A stretch of 63,977 nt of DNA, the filler included, from an uncultured bacterium (lineage in GTDB: Bacteria; CAZSTA01): NCBI GenBank assembly GCA_964609495.1. It is 3 parts of 3 records of this genome, joined end to end, with 100 filler letters (N's around TTAATTAATTAA, not from the genome) between each part and the next. Parts side by side here need not be neighbours in the genome. Positions count along the whole stretch, not along the records: positions 1 to 27,902 come from CAZSTA010000026.1; positions 28,003 to 54,415 come from CAZSTA010000027.1; 1 more part is not named here. One strand, written 5' to 3'. Position 1 is the first letter of the stretch. Every line of letters begins with the position of its first letter. The position numbers and the translations under genes were made by a program. Below, piece by piece: positions 19,304 to 29,849 of this stretch. The notes beneath the pieces are model-generated. The model did not search any database, was not told the origin of the DNA, and saw only the letters and a program-made list of their open reading frames with translations.

Positions 19304-20107
19304 CTACAGACCGTAGTTATCCTTAATATACTTACGACTTATCTTAGCACTCTCTAAAGGAATATGAGTTGTTACATCCAACTCCCAACATATCCAACCA
19401 TCGAAATTTATCCTATCCAACACCTTCTTAACTCCCATGAGGTCCAAATAACCCTCTCCCAGATCCATGAACTTAGCGCCCCACTCATACTTATCCGCAT
19501 CCTCCCTCAAATCCTTGAGGTGGACATAGGCGATGCGATCGGCGTATTTGTCGAAGGTCTCCACTGGATCCGCTCCCCCTAAAGCTAAGTGGCCAGTATC
19601 AAAAGCCATCTTGAGCAGATCAGGATCGGTCATCTCACAGAGGATATCGACCTCCTTCTTAGTCTCAATAAGAGTCCAAGCGTGGTTATGGAAAGCGGCT
19701 GTTACCCCTATATCCTTGCACCTCTTCCCCACCTCGTTACAACCAGCGGTAAAGGCTTTATACTCCTCCATCGGATGACCGCCTTCGGGCTTCCTCACTC
19801 CACCGCTAGCTATAAGCACGATGTCGCAATCGAACTTCTTGAGTGCCTCAGCAACCTCGAGTACTCTCTTGATCTCATCCTCTCGCTTAGCTTTGTCTAG
19901 GAAACTGACGCCACAATAAGCAGAGGATACTTTCAGCCCATATTTATCAACTATGCTCCTCAGCTTATCTAAATCATCTAAATTATCTAAATAGCCCGGT
20001 ACAGGAGCCTCCACCCCCTCATATCCAGCCTCAGCTATCTCCTTGGCTATCTCTGGAAAATCTATCCTCCCCCAAACGATAGGATTAGCACTGACTTTTG
20101 CGTTCAT
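19304..20107 (-). CDS. Sugar phosphate isomerase/epimerase (IolE-like TIM barrel)
   Basis: FHNH, FDTGH, VHLKD, WELD motifs. Confidence 0.88.
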   Translation of the reverse strand: MNAKVSANPIVWGRIDFPEIAKEIAEAGYEGVEAPVPGYLDNLDDLDKLRSIVDKYGLKVSSAYCGVSFLDKAKREDEIKRVLEVAEALKKFDCDIVLIASGGVRKPEGGHPMEEYKAFTAGCNEVGKRCKDIGVTAAFHNHAWTLIETKKEVDILCEMTDPDLLKMAFDTGHLALGGADPVETFDKYADRIAYVHLKDLREDADKYEWGAKFMDLGEGYLDLMGVKKVLDRINFDGWICWELDVTTHIPLESAKISRKYIKDNYGL

Positions 20108-20125
20108 AATTCCCTCCTTTTATAT

Positions 20126-20614
20126 TTAATATTTCTCCCAATGGAGAACATCTTCCAACGATTTCTTAGGCGGACAATTGGGCCATTCCGTAGCAACGCC
20201 TATCGGGACCAAAGTCAGAAGTCGCTTATCCTCAGGAACACCTAATAACTTCTTATACTCCCTCTCATAGGGAAGTGTATATCCCTCTAACCAGCAGGAG
20301 CCATATCCTAAAGCGGTCGCGGCGATCAACATATTCTCGATAGCCGCTGAGCCGTCCTCCAACCACCATCTCGATTTTGGATCCATTACCACCACGATCA
20401 CCGCTCCTGCCTTATCTATCCATCTGGCAGACTTCTGCATCTTAGCCATCGTCCCCTTATCAGTAACCACAATGAAATCCCAGGGCTGACGATTGCTACC
20501 GCTTGTCGCTAATCTTCCGGCATCGATGATCTCCTCCAGATCACCTCTAGGGATCGGATCGCCCGTAAAACTTCTAACGCTTCTCCTCTCTCTAATAGCT
20601 TCAAATGCTTCCAT
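20126..20614 (-). CDS. Nitroreductase family protein
   Basis: RRSVRSF, SGSNRQPW, ALGYGSCW. Confidence 0.92.
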   Translation of the reverse strand: MEAFEAIRERRSVRSFTGDPIPRGDLEEIIDAGRLATSGSNRQPWDFIVVTDKGTMAKMQKSARWIDKAGAVIVVVMDPKSRWWLEDGSAAIENMLIAATALGYGSCWLEGYTLPYEREYKKLLGVPEDKRLLTLVPIGVATEWPNCPPKKSLEDVLHWEKY

Positions 20615-20659
20615 CTACTTCATCCCCTCACATAAAATATATTGTAAAAGCTTGAGAGT

Positions 20660-20688
20660 ATTATATCATTACCCCTTACCCTTGTCAA
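20660..20688 (-). promoter_or_regulatory. Promoter of nitroreductase operon
   Basis: Minus strand TTGACA-17 nt-TATAAT with extended TG. Confidence 0.8.
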
Positions 20689-20699
20689 GTTGACAAAGG

Positions 20700-20731
20700 A
20701 AATCCCATGAACTTAGGCATTCGTGGGATTT
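20700..20731 (-). terminator. Hairpin downstream of rpoZ
   Basis: AAATCCCA(T)GAA..TTCGTGGGATTT imperfect stem. Confidence 0.55.
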
Positions 20732-20762
20732 ACAAACCGAACTATATATCATAGGAACTTTC

Positions 20763-20975
20763 TCAGGATTTATCCTTTTCCTCCCTTTCTCTCTCATAAG
20801 TTATTTCTCCGTCCGCTACCTCTTTCAAAGCTGTGGAGATAAGCCGATCTCTCTTTCTCCCTAAAATCCGATCGTTGCTTTCGCCAATTTGTTTAGCTCT
20901 TTTGGATACTAATACGACCAGAGCATATTTGCTATCAATTTTAGACAACAAATCATCTATAGTATATTTTTTCAT
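20763..20975 (-). CDS. rpoZ: RNA polymerase omega subunit
   Basis: IDDLLSKIDSKYALV..SKRAKQ..ALKEVADG; follows gmk; RBS favours ATG 20975. Confidence 0.92.
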   Translation of the reverse strand: MKKYTIDDLLSKIDSKYALVVLVSKRAKQIGESNDRILGRKRDRLISTALKEVADGEITYEREREEKDKS

Positions 20976-21014
20976 CAGAAGATCCCTCCTCAAAAGGCAG
21001 CTTTTCCCTAGTCC

Positions 21015-21653
21015 TTATCTTATGCGGCATCTCTCGGCCATCAGGATAGCCCTTAATTCCTCTTCGGCTTTATCGAGTTCATCATTTACTATCAAATAGT
21101 CATAATTTCTCCAGTAATTCATCTCCCGTTTCGCCCTCTCTATCCTCCCCTTGATCCTCCTTATATCCTCAGTTCCTCGCCTACTAAGCCTCTGCTTTAG
21201 AACCTCCAGAGAGGGAGGGACAACGAAGATGAACACCCCCTGAGGGAACTTCTCTTTGATCTGCATCGCTCCTTGAACCTCGATCTCTAATACTATATCA
21301 TCTCCTCTCTCTAAAGTATCCATCAAAAATTTCTTCGGAGTTCCATAGTAGTTATCGCAATAGACTGCCCATTCTGCCAACTCATCCGCCTCGATCATCT
21401 CCCTGAACTTCTCAACTGATACGAAGAAGTAATCATCGCCCTCCTCCTCTCCTTCACGTTGTTTGCGAGTCGTCACCGAGACGGAATAGACTAGTTCAGG
21501 AAAACTTCCCCTTAAGCTATTTATCAAAGTAGTTTTTCCTGAACCGGAGGGTCCTGAAACTACCAATATTCTTCCTCCTCTTAAAAGCTCCTTATAATCT
21601 TCTGCTAAAGCAATATCATCTCTCTTATTCAATTCTCCTCTCCTTACTGACAA
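21015..21653 (-). CDS. gmk: Guanylate kinase (start uncertain)
   Basis: [28 protein letters not shown]. Confidence 0.95.
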   Translation of the reverse strand: MSVRRGELNKRDDIALAEDYKELLRGGRILVVSGPSGSGKTTLINSLRGSFPELVYSVSVTTRKQREGEEEGDDYFFVSVEKFREMIEADELAEWAVYCDNYYGTPKKFLMDTLERGDDIVLEIEVQGAMQIKEKFPQGVFIFVVPPSLEVLKQRLSRRGTEDIRRIKGRIERAKREMNYWRNYDYLIVNDELDKAEEELRAILMAERCRIR

Positions 21654-21882
21654 ATCTTCCGGAGATCGTATCCGGCAAAACCGCAGATAGGATTACATGA
21701 TCGCTATCAGTTACTAAGATCGCTCTTGTTCTTCTCCCACAGGTGGCATCGATCAACTTTCCAGTTGAACGAGCTTTTTCCTTCAGCCTCCTCATCGGAG
21801 CTGAATCAGGAGTTAGAATCGCCACTACCCTATCAGCCACCACGAGGTTGGAGAAACCTATATTTATTAGTTTGTTATCCAT
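21625..21882 (-). CDS. remA: RemA/DUF370 family regulator
   Basis: [26 protein letters not shown]; between yloC and gmk. Confidence 0.93.
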   Translation of the reverse strand: MDNKLINIGFSNLVVADRVVAILTPDSAPMRRLKEKARSTGKLIDATCGRRTRAILVTDSDHVILSAVLPDTISGRFVSKERRIE

Positions 21883-21900
21883 AATTCCTTACCTCTCAGA

Positions 21901-22794
21901 TCATTCTATATTTCTGGCTTGTTCCCTAATTCTCTCCAATATCTCCTTAATTGCGATCACTCTTTTAGTTATATCCAGATCGCTAGTCTTAGAGCCAATG
22001 GTATTGGACTCGCGAAGCATCTCTTGTAGGATGAACTCTAGTTTTTTCCCGCATGGCTCAGGCGACGATAGAGTCTCCTCCATCTGCTTAAGATGGCTTT
22101 TAAGACGCACTAATTCCTCAGATATATCGCATCTATCAGCGAAAAGCGTTATCTCCATAGCTAAGCGATTTTCATCTACTATACCTTCTGCCTCTAGACT
22201 TTGTAACTTAATGCGAAGTTTCTCTTTATACTCCTCCACCACTACTTGAGATCGCTCCTCTATCTTAGCCAGAGGTGACTTCATCTCCTCTAACCTGCTC
22301 CTAATATCGTCCTCCAGCTTTTCGCCCTCCTTCTTTCTCATCTCCTGCAGTCCTTCGAGCGCCCCCCAAAGAGCTGGCTCTATAGAATCCCATATCTCCT
22401 CTAGGATCTCTTCCTCCTCCTCGATCTCCATAACCTGAGGCATACGTAGAATCGTGTCTATTTCTATCTCCCTCAAAACTCCTAAATGACCTTGCAATTC
22501 CTCGATCTGCTTATAATAGACTTCAGCCAGCTCCTTATTTATCTTAGCTGGAACGATGGCTTTCTTCAATCTCTCATAACTAATACCAACTTCCACGTAA
22601 CCCCTAGCTATCCTTTCCTTAACGAACTTAGTAACATTGCTCTCCAGAGGACGATATTCCCGGGGAAGTCGGCAACGTATCTCAAAGTAACGATTGTTGG
22701 TCGAGCGCGTATCCACTGTGAAATGTCGAACAAGATCGCTATATTCACCTCGTCCATATCCGGTCATACTTTTGAGCGTTGAGACGAGAACCAC
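21901..22794 (-). CDS. yloC: YicC/YloC family endoribonuclease (start uncertain)
   Basis: KSMTGYGR, DISEELVRL.SH, QEMLRESNTIGSK, REQARNIE. Confidence 0.94.
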   Translation of the reverse strand: MVLVSTLKSMTGYGRGEYSDLVRHFTVDTRSTNNRYFEIRCRLPREYRPLESNVTKFVKERIARGYVEVGISYERLKKAIVPAKINKELAEVYYKQIEELQGHLGVLREIEIDTILRMPQVMEIEEEEEILEEIWDSIEPALWGALEGLQEMRKKEGEKLEDDIRSRLEEMKSPLAKIEERSQVVVEEYKEKLRIKLQSLEAEGIVDENRLAMEITLFADRCDISEELVRLKSHLKQMEETLSSPEPCGKKLEFILQEMLRESNTIGSKTSDLDITKRVIAIKEILERIREQARNIE

Positions 22795-23624
22795 CTCCTA
22801 ACTTGATCGGATGATAAATAACCCCTCTCCTTTTTCTCTCTTCTCTCCTCCTTTCTCCTCTTCACGATCTCCTCGCGCGAGGAATTTAAATTCGGATCAC
22901 GATAGGGGACCCCCACGTCGGATAGCACTAGCAAAGCTATGCTCATAGCGCTTAGGCGGGGTAGCTTTCTCCTCGGACTAGCCAATGTTCCCTCTCTCTT
23001 CAAGCTAGTAGCAGGACCCCTTCCAATCCGAAAGCCAGCAGAGAGCAATCCAGAGCGAACAGCAGAGGCAGCACTATAGGTTGATAATACAGCCTCTTTC
23101 TTCATTTTCCTATACACTTGAGTTAGGAAGTCCACTGTCCAAAGTTCAGGATTTTTAGGAGGAGAGAAGGGATCTAGGAAGACGCAGTCGAACTCTCCTC
23201 CGATATCCTGAATAACCTTCCTAGCATCATCTAAAATTATTCTCAAGGAGATATTCCCCTTGCTATAGCTACGAAGCTTGGCCGCTTGCTTTACGATCTC
23301 ATAGCTTTCCTCAAGACGAGGAGAAAGAGAGAGGGAAGATATAATCCCCAATACTTTAGAATCATTTTCTATTCCAATTATTTCCAATTTACACGCGGAA
23401 TCGGTCCCTTGAACCTGGTATATAGCTGCCGCCGAGTTGTATCCCAATCCAAAACCGATATCTAGTATCCTTAATTTACCCTGAGATGCTAACTCCTCTA
23501 TCTGACAAGGCTCAACATACACCGCAAATGCTTCGGAGATAGCTCCGATCTGGGAATGATAGCACTCCCCAAATTCATCAGAATAGAAGGTTACTGAACC
23601 ATCAGTGGTAATTAGACGCTTCAT
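22764..23624 (-). CDS. Stand-alone MnmC-N/MnmD-type tRNA methyltransferase
   Basis: TDGS.T.YS..F.E.YHS, DIGFGLGYN, FLDPFSP.KNPELWT. Confidence 0.82.
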   Translation of the reverse strand: MKRLITTDGSVTFYSDEFGECYHSQIGAISEAFAVYVEPCQIEELASQGKLRILDIGFGLGYNSAAAIYQVQGTDSACKLEIIGIENDSKVLGIISSLSLSPRLEESYEIVKQAAKLRSYSKGNISLRIILDDARKVIQDIGGEFDCVFLDPFSPPKNPELWTVDFLTQVYRKMKKEAVLSTYSAASAVRSGLLSAGFRIGRGPATSLKREGTLASPRRKLPRLSAMSIALLVLSDVGVPYRDPNLNSSREEIVKRRKEERREKKERGYLSSDQVRRWFSSQRSKV

Positions 23625-23627
23625 CTC

Positions 23628-23656
23628 TTTACATTTCGATGATTATATGGTATGAT
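23628..23656 (+). promoter_or_regulatory. Promoter of rqcH
   Basis: TTTACA-17 nt-TATGAT with extended TG. Confidence 0.55.
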
Positions 23657-23691
23657 AGATAACTGTTAAGAATGAAATAGGAGCGATAAGA

Positions 23692-25509
23692 TTGCCTTTA
23701 GACGGATTAACCTTAAAAGTAATAAAAGACGAATTGACTGAGAAAATACTTACCGGACGAATCGATAAGATATATCAACCCGATGAGAAAGGGCTCGTGC
23801 TAAGAGTAAGAAGCAAAGGGACCTATTTCAACCTGATCTTCTCGATCGATCCCAACAACTTTCGAGTTCACCTAACTGCTCAGCCTCCAGGGAATCTTCC
23901 CTCTCCCTCGGGATTTTGTATGCTCCTGCGTAAATATCTAAGCGGAGGAAGGATAGAGAGGATAACTCAATTAGACTTAGATAGAGTGATCTTCTTTCAT
24001 ATAGCTAGGCTCAACGAGATTGGGGAGATGATCATCAATATCTTAGTCGCAGAGATGACGGGAAGATATAGCAATATAATCCTCCTAAGGGGAAGTGATA
24101 AGACCATCTTGGGGAGTATGAAGTCCATCACTACTGCTATAAACCGCTATCGGGAGATCTTGCCTGGTAGAGCATATATTCCTCCCCCTCCCCAAAATAA
24201 GCTGAATCCCCTAATTCTTACCGCGGAGGAAATAGATGAATTTATATTATCCCTTCCCCTCAAAATGAAGCTGAAAGATGCTTTAGTATCAAACCTAGCT
24301 GGAGTGGGTCCTGTTTTAGCCGAGGAAATCACATATAGAGCCGGTCTTGAGAGTAGTATTAAGATAGAGGAGATAGTTCGGGATAAATACTTCAATTTAA
24401 AGAGGACTATGGGCGATATATTCTCCTCCCTCGAGAAGGGATATTACTTCCCGGTCGTAGTTGAGGAGAGCGATTCTTCTAAGCCCAAAGCCTATTCGAT
24501 CATCGATCTGAAGCAGCTTGAAGGTTCTTCCTTCGAGTCCAAGCACTTCGAGAAGTTGAACGAGGCTATGGATTATTACTATAGTCGCTCTATTCAATAC
24601 GAAAATATCGAGCGGATGAGAAGAAAATTAACTCAGGTTGTCAAGAAAGAGTTAACCAGATGTTACAAGAAGCTCAAATTTCAGAAGAAAGAAATAGCAA
24701 GAGCTCGAAAAGCTGATGAATTAAGGTTGAAAGGAGAGTTACTCCTCGCTAACCTACCTCAGTTAAGTTCATCCTTGCTGATAAAGGGGGAAGATGGGGA
24801 AACCACAGTGTCAGTAATCAACTATTATGATCCTGAGCAGAGGGAATTATCGATCCCCATAAACCCAAGTTTGGGATTCTCTCAGAACGCTCAAAAATAT
24901 TTCGCTAAGTATAATAAAGCTAAGAAGAGCTTGAAAGCCGCTTCATTGCAAGCTGAGTTGACCTCCAAGGAGATCGAATATCTAGAACAACTTCAAACTG
25001 ATGTCGATATAGCCGAATCTGAGCTACTTTTTTCTCAAATCGAAGAGGAACTCCTTAGGGCAGGTTATCTAAAGCCCTCTAAGAAAGTGAGTAAGATCTC
25101 TAAGAAGAAAGATTTCTGGATTCGACTAGAGGAATACATCTCCTCAGATGGCTGGAATATATTGGTTGGAAAGAATAGCAGACAAAACGATCTTTTAACT
25201 ATGAAAATAGCTAAGTCCGACGATCTCTGGTTACACACTAGAGAGATCCCTGGGTCTCATGTGATCATCAGAGCAAAGGGGAAAGGGGAAATACCTCCTG
25301 ATCGAACTTTGGAGGAGGCTGGGCTATTAGCGGCTTATTTCTCTAAAGCCAGAGAATCAAGTAATGTCCCAGTCGATTATACCTTCATAAGATATGTTAA
25401 AAAACCCAAGGGAGCTAAACCGGGTATGGTCATCTATTCCAACCAAAAAACTCTGTTTATTACCCCTGATCCGAAAAAGATCCAAAATCTAAAACGAGTT
25501 GATAATTAA
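23692..25509 (+). CDS. rqcH: Ribosome quality control factor RqcH (NFACT/FbpA)
   Basis: MPLDG, RIDKIYQP, FCMLLRK, coiled coil, GKNSRQND, IPGSHV, KPKGAKPGMV. Confidence 0.95.
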   Translation: MPLDGLTLKVIKDELTEKILTGRIDKIYQPDEKGLVLRVRSKGTYFNLIFSIDPNNFRVHLTAQPPGNLPSPSGFCMLLRKYLSGGRIERITQLDLDRVIFFHIARLNEIGEMIINILVAEMTGRYSNIILLRGSDKTILGSMKSITTAINRYREILPGRAYIPPPPQNKLNPLILTAEEIDEFILSLPLKMKLKDALVSNLAGVGPVLAEEITYRAGLESSIKIEEIVRDKYFNLKRTMGDIFSSLEKGYYFPVVVEESDSSKPKAYSIIDLKQLEGSSFESKHFEKLNEAMDYYYSRSIQYENIERMRRKLTQVVKKELTRCYKKLKFQKKEIARARKADELRLKGELLLANLPQLSSSLLIKGEDGETTVSVINYYDPEQRELSIPINPSLGFSQNAQKYFAKYNKAKKSLKAASLQAELTSKEIEYLEQLQTDVDIAESELLFSQIEEELLRAGYLKPSKKVSKISKKKDFWIRLEEYISSDGWNILVGKNSRQNDLLTMKIAKSDDLWLHTREIPGSHVIIRAKGKGEIPPDRTLEEAGLLAAYFSKARESSNVPVDYTFIRYVKKPKGAKPGMVIYSNQKTLFITPDPKKIQNLKRVDN

Positions 25510-26429
25510 CTCCTGCCCTTATCTATATAGTCGATGATATGGCAAGCATATTCGTCAAAATAAGTAAGCTGAGAGTCTATCACCTCGTATAGGATATGAT
25601 AATCCACACTCCAGTAAAGATGAACTAAGATATTTCTCATTCCGGCCATAGCTATCAATTTTTCCCCTAGCTCATAGGATATTACTCCATTATCTCGTAA
25701 AATTTCGCCTATCTGTCTATATTCTTCAGGTATCCCTAAACCTTTAGCCGCAATTATATGTCTCCCTAAGTCCAGAGAGGCTTCAATTGCTATCCGCAGA
25801 TAATGCTCAGATAAGGCTCGCTTATTCCTATCCGAGACGTATTCTTCAAAGCTCAAATAACCAAGCTCTCTGAGTTGCTGAACAGCCTCCCTTATCCTCC
25901 CTAAAAATCTCCTCACTATATCCTCATCGATCATCTCCAACTCCCTGAATAATCCCTGCTTTATATGTTGATACAGATAATAACGAGCTTCCTCCCTTAT
26001 CCATCTGGTATCTTGATATTCAAAGATCGCCTCTTCGACAAATTTTACTTTAATATCATCGCTAAGAGCGTATATCAATAGCCCAGTTTTGATAACTTTA
26101 AACTTCAAAGCTGGCGAAGTTCTGCTGAGAAGCACTATATCTATATTATCGGCAGACATCAAGCTACAAAGTCCATTATATAATTCGCTAGAACTATCCT
26201 TTAGATCACATCCCTCATCTAATAGAATGGCTATGTCCAGATCGCTTAAGGGAGTCGCTCTATTCTCGACCACTGAGCCAAAGAGGTAGGCAAGTTGGAC
26301 TCTTCGCAGAGCGAAGAGCTTATGTAAAGCTGATAATTTGGAGATCACATCTTCCCTTTTAAAGATTTTGGGATTCAGACAGGTATCTGGATGCATATCA
26401 GCGTTTATCCCCTCCTCCTCTCCTCCCAT
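25506..26429 (-). CDS. Fused MNT-HEPN protein (start uncertain)
   Basis: LFGS..SDLDIA nucleotidyltransferase motif and [13 protein letters not shown] motif in one ORF. Confidence 0.85.
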   Translation of the reverse strand: MGGEEEGINADMHPDTCLNPKIFKREDVISKLSALHKLFALRRVQLAYLFGSVVENRATPLSDLDIAILLDEGCDLKDSSSELYNGLCSLMSADNIDIVLLSRTSPALKFKVIKTGLLIYALSDDIKVKFVEEAIFEYQDTRWIREEARYYLYQHIKQGLFRELEMIDEDIVRRFLGRIREAVQQLRELGYLSFEEYVSDRNKRALSEHYLRIAIEASLDLGRHIIAAKGLGIPEEYRQIGEILRDNGVISYELGEKLIAMAGMRNILVHLYWSVDYHILYEVIDSQLTYFDEYACHIIDYIDKGRS

Positions 26430-27757
26430 CTCGGCAGGAATCCGGTATCGATCTCTCCCTCCTCAAACAACGAATCGTTCAATATCGCTTGATGGAAGGG
26501 GATAGTAGTGATCACACCCTCGATCTCAAACTCTCGTAAAGCTCGCTTCATCTTAGCCACACACTTCTTCCTATCCTCATCCCAAACAATGAGTTTAGCA
26601 AGAAGAGAATCGTAAAAAGGACTGATCTTATAACCTGTATAAAGGTGAGTATCAACTCTGACTCCCGGTCCTCCGGGCGGATGGAAGACCTTGATCTCAC
26701 CAGTCGAGGGGACGAAATTATCTCCCCAATCCTCCGCATTTATTCTGCATTCCAGGGAATGCCCCCTCAGCTCTATATCGTCTTGACTATATCGCAACCT
26801 CTCTCCAGCGGCTATCCCGATCTGAAGCTTCACGAGATCTATCCCGGTGACCATCTCCGTTACGGGGTGTTCCACTTGAATCCGAGTGTTCATCTCCAGG
26901 AAATAGAAGTTTTCGTCCCTATCAACTAAGAACTCTATAGTGCCAGCATTAGTATAGCCAATAGCCTTAGCTCCTCTTACCGCTGCCTCTCCTATTCTCG
27001 TTCTCAACTCATCGCTTATTCCCAGGGAAGGAGATTCCTCTACCAGCTTTTGATGTCTCCTCTGAATGGAGCAGTTTCGCTCTCCAAGATGAAGGACATT
27101 GCCGTAATGATCTGCAAGCAGTTGAAACTCGATATGTTTTGCCTCCTCCAGATACTTCTCCAAATATACAGAAGGATCTCCAAAGGAAGCTTCCGCCTCG
27201 GCTTGAGCTGTAGGGAGAAATTTCAGCAACTCGGTCTCATCTCTCGCTATCCTTATCCCTCTACCTCCCCCCCCAGCACTGGCCTTAATCATAATTGGAT
27301 ATCCGATCTCAGCGGCAGTACTTTTATATCTTCTCAGCCCTTCTACTTTCCCCTCAGTTCCTGGGATGATAGGAACTTCAGCACGAAGAAGCATCTGCTT
27401 AGCCTGGGCTTTATCTCCCATCGAACGCATAATCTCAGAAGACGGCCCTATAAACTTTATACCACAAGCCTCACACATATCAGCGAAGTTAGGGTCTTCC
27501 GCTAAGAAGCCGTATCCCGGATGGATAGCCTCAGCAGAAGTTACCTCAGCCGCGCTGATTATATTGGGAATATTCAAATAACTAGCATTGGGAGGAGCAG
27601 GACCAATACAAACTGCCTCATCCGCATATTTGATATGCAAAGAATCTCTATCAGCTTCGGAATAGACAGCTACTGTTTTTATCCCTAACTCCACACAGGA
27701 ACGAATGATACGTAGAGCAATCTCTCCTCTATTGGCTATTAAAATCCTTTTGAACAT
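26405..27757 (-). CDS. accC: Acetyl-CoA carboxylase biotin carboxylase subunit
   Basis: [44 protein letters not shown]. Confidence 0.95.
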   Translation of the reverse strand: MFKRILIANRGEIALRIIRSCVELGIKTVAVYSEADRDSLHIKYADEAVCIGPAPPNASYLNIPNIISAAEVTSAEAIHPGYGFLAEDPNFADMCEACGIKFIGPSSEIMRSMGDKAQAKQMLLRAEVPIIPGTEGKVEGLRRYKSTAAEIGYPIMIKASAGGGGRGIRIARDETELLKFLPTAQAEAEASFGDPSVYLEKYLEEAKHIEFQLLADHYGNVLHLGERNCSIQRRHQKLVEESPSLGISDELRTRIGEAAVRGAKAIGYTNAGTIEFLVDRDENFYFLEMNTRIQVEHPVTEMVTGIDLVKLQIGIAAGERLRYSQDDIELRGHSLECRINAEDWGDNFVPSTGEIKVFHPPGGPGVRVDTHLYTGYKISPFYDSLLAKLIVWDEDRKKCVAKMKRALREFEIEGVITTIPFHQAILNDSLFEEGEIDTGFLPRWEERRRG

Positions 27758-27825
27758 AAGTTAATTCTCTCGACCTCAATTTAAGTAGCTTCAAGTAAGT
27801 AATTGGTTATTCTCGGTTTTTCGCT

Positions 27826-27885
27826 AGGGAGTTCGAGATATAACTTCCCCCTCACCCTATCCCTCTCCCACGAGGGGAGAGGGAA
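27826..27885 (+). repeat. REP-like A unit at contig end
   Basis: Identical 35-nt core CTCACCCTATCCCTCTCCCACGAGGGGAGAGGGAA with flank shared with 11806 and 11951 copies. Confidence 0.85.
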
Positions 27886-27902
27886 CATAATTAAGCCCCT
27901 CT

Positions 27903-28002
27903 NNNNNNNNNNNNNNNNNNNNNNNNNNNNNNNNNNNNNNNNNNNNTTAATTAATTAANNNNNNNNNNNNNNNNNNNNNNNNNNNNNNNNNNNNNNNNNN
28001 NN
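27903..28002. other. Artificial contig-joining spacer
   Basis: 100 nt of N containing TTAATTAATTAA (stops in all six frames). Confidence 0.95.
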
Positions 28003-29720
28003 GGGAATTTGAGGATAGATTAAAGAAGGTAGTAAACGAGATATGTGGCTCTGGAGATATAATTCTCTTCATCGATGAGCTTCATACCTTGATCGGAGCA
28101 GGGGCGGCTGAAGGGGCTATCGATGCCGCTAATATCTTGAAGCCAGCTTTAGCTAGAGGGGAGTTACAAGCAATCGGAGCAACCACTCTGGAGGATTATC
28201 GAAAGTATATCGAGAGGGATGCGGCCCTAGAGAGGCGTTTCCAACCAGTGATGGTAAATGAGCCGACTGTAGAGGAGACGATCGAGATCCTGAAGGGATT
28301 GAGAGGAAGATATGAGGAACATCATCAGTTGAAGATAAGTGATGAGGCTTTGATATCCTCCGCTAAGCTGGCTGATCGTTATATTACCGATCGTTTCCTT
28401 CCCGATAAGGCTATCGATCTGATGGATGAAGCCGCCTCGAAGGTGCGATTGGGGATGTTCTCAGTTCCTCCCGAGGTGAGGGAATTAGAGCAAGAGATAG
28501 AGATTTTGGATAGAAAGAAGGAGGCGGCCATCCATGAGCAGGAGTTCGAGAAGGCGGCTAAGTTTCGAGATAAAGGGATGGAGCTCAGGGAGAAACTAGA
28601 GGAGCTCAGGAGTGAGCTCAGTAAAGCTAGTGAATGGGGAGACACGGTAGTTGGAGAGGAGGATATAGCCGAGGTCGTATCGAGTTGGACCGGCATTCCC
28701 GTGATTCGCTTGGAGGAAAGTGAGTCGAGGAAGCTGCTCCGCATGGAGAAAGAGTTACATAAGCGGGTCGTTGGACAGGAGGAAGCTATCGTATCCATCT
28801 CCAAAGCTGTGCGCCGGGCGAGGGCTGGCTTAAAGGATGCGAAGAGGCCAGTTGGATCATTCATCTTCCTTGGGCCTACGGGAGTTGGGAAAACGGAGTT
28901 AGCTAAAGCTTTATCAGAATTTCTCTTTGATGATGAAGATGCGCTTATCAGGTTAGATATGTCGGAATATATGGAGAAACACACCGTCTCCCGTTTAGTT
29001 GGTTCTCCTCCTGGCTATGTTGGATATGAGGAAGGAGGACAACTTACCAAGGCCGTGAGGCGTCATCCCTATTCAGTGGTTCTCTTCGATGAGATCGAGA
29101 AGGCTCACCATGATGTCTTCAACATTCTCCTTCAAATTATGGAGGATGGTCGCCTGACCGATAACCGAGGAAGAACGATTGATTTTAGGCATACTGTTTT
29201 AATTATGACCTCCAATGCGGGAGCTGAACTTATAGATAAGAATGTATCTATTGGCTTCCAAACTAAGTCAACTGAGAGGAGCAGGGAGGCTGATTATAAG
29301 AATATGAAGTCGAAGGTGATGGGAGCTTTACACCAAAGCTTCCGCCCAGAATTCTTAAATAGGGTGGATGAGGTAATAGTATTTCACTCTCTAACTAGGG
29401 AGGAATTGCAGGAGATAGTGGAGATACAATTGAAGCGGGTCGAGAGTGAACTGAGGGAGAAAGATATCTTGATAGACGTGAGCGATGAAGCTAAAAAATT
29501 ATTGGCTGAACGAGGGTATGATCCTAAATATGGGGCGAGGCCCCTTCGTCGTGTCATTCAGAAGTTGATAGAGGATGCCTTGGCAGAGGAGGTTCTAAAG
29601 GGAACATTCGGGCCAGGGGATATAGTTTTCGTTGATGCAGAGGATGGAGAGATCGTTTTTGCTAACCGAGGTAAGCTATCCTCAGTGGAGGATTGTGACA
29701 AAGAGGTTATCCACCAGTAG
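28003..29720 (+). CDS. clpC: ClpC ATPase, 5'-truncated by contig edge
   Basis: Frame open from the gap (EFEDRLK..FIDELH), UVR coil, [16 protein letters not shown]. Confidence 0.93.
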
Positions 29721-29790
29721 AGAGGGAGAGATTCTTCCCATATTTTTATATAAGGTAAACGGTTTTTTGTTTCAAGAGCTAGGGGATCAC

Positions 29791-29830
29791 TCTATAAGCG
29801 GTCAGTTCTTTATCTCTGACCGCTTATAGA
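29791..29830. terminator. Stem-loop between clpC and radA
   Basis: Perfect 15-bp stem TCTATAAGCGGTCAG/CTGACCGCTTATAGA. Confidence 0.65.
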
Positions 29831-29849
29831 ATATTTGAGGAGATAATAA

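Noticed and set aside
20681-20698. CTTGTCAAGTTGACAAAG palindrome as operator or divergent promoter
   Set aside because: One half is the -35 box; the other has no convincing -10 or gene on the plus strand, so no support beyond symmetry.
27947-27958. TTAATTAATTAA palindrome within N runs (also 54460-54471)
   Set aside because: Six-frame-stop linker used to concatenate contigs; not biological, and adjacency across it is not evidence of linkage.
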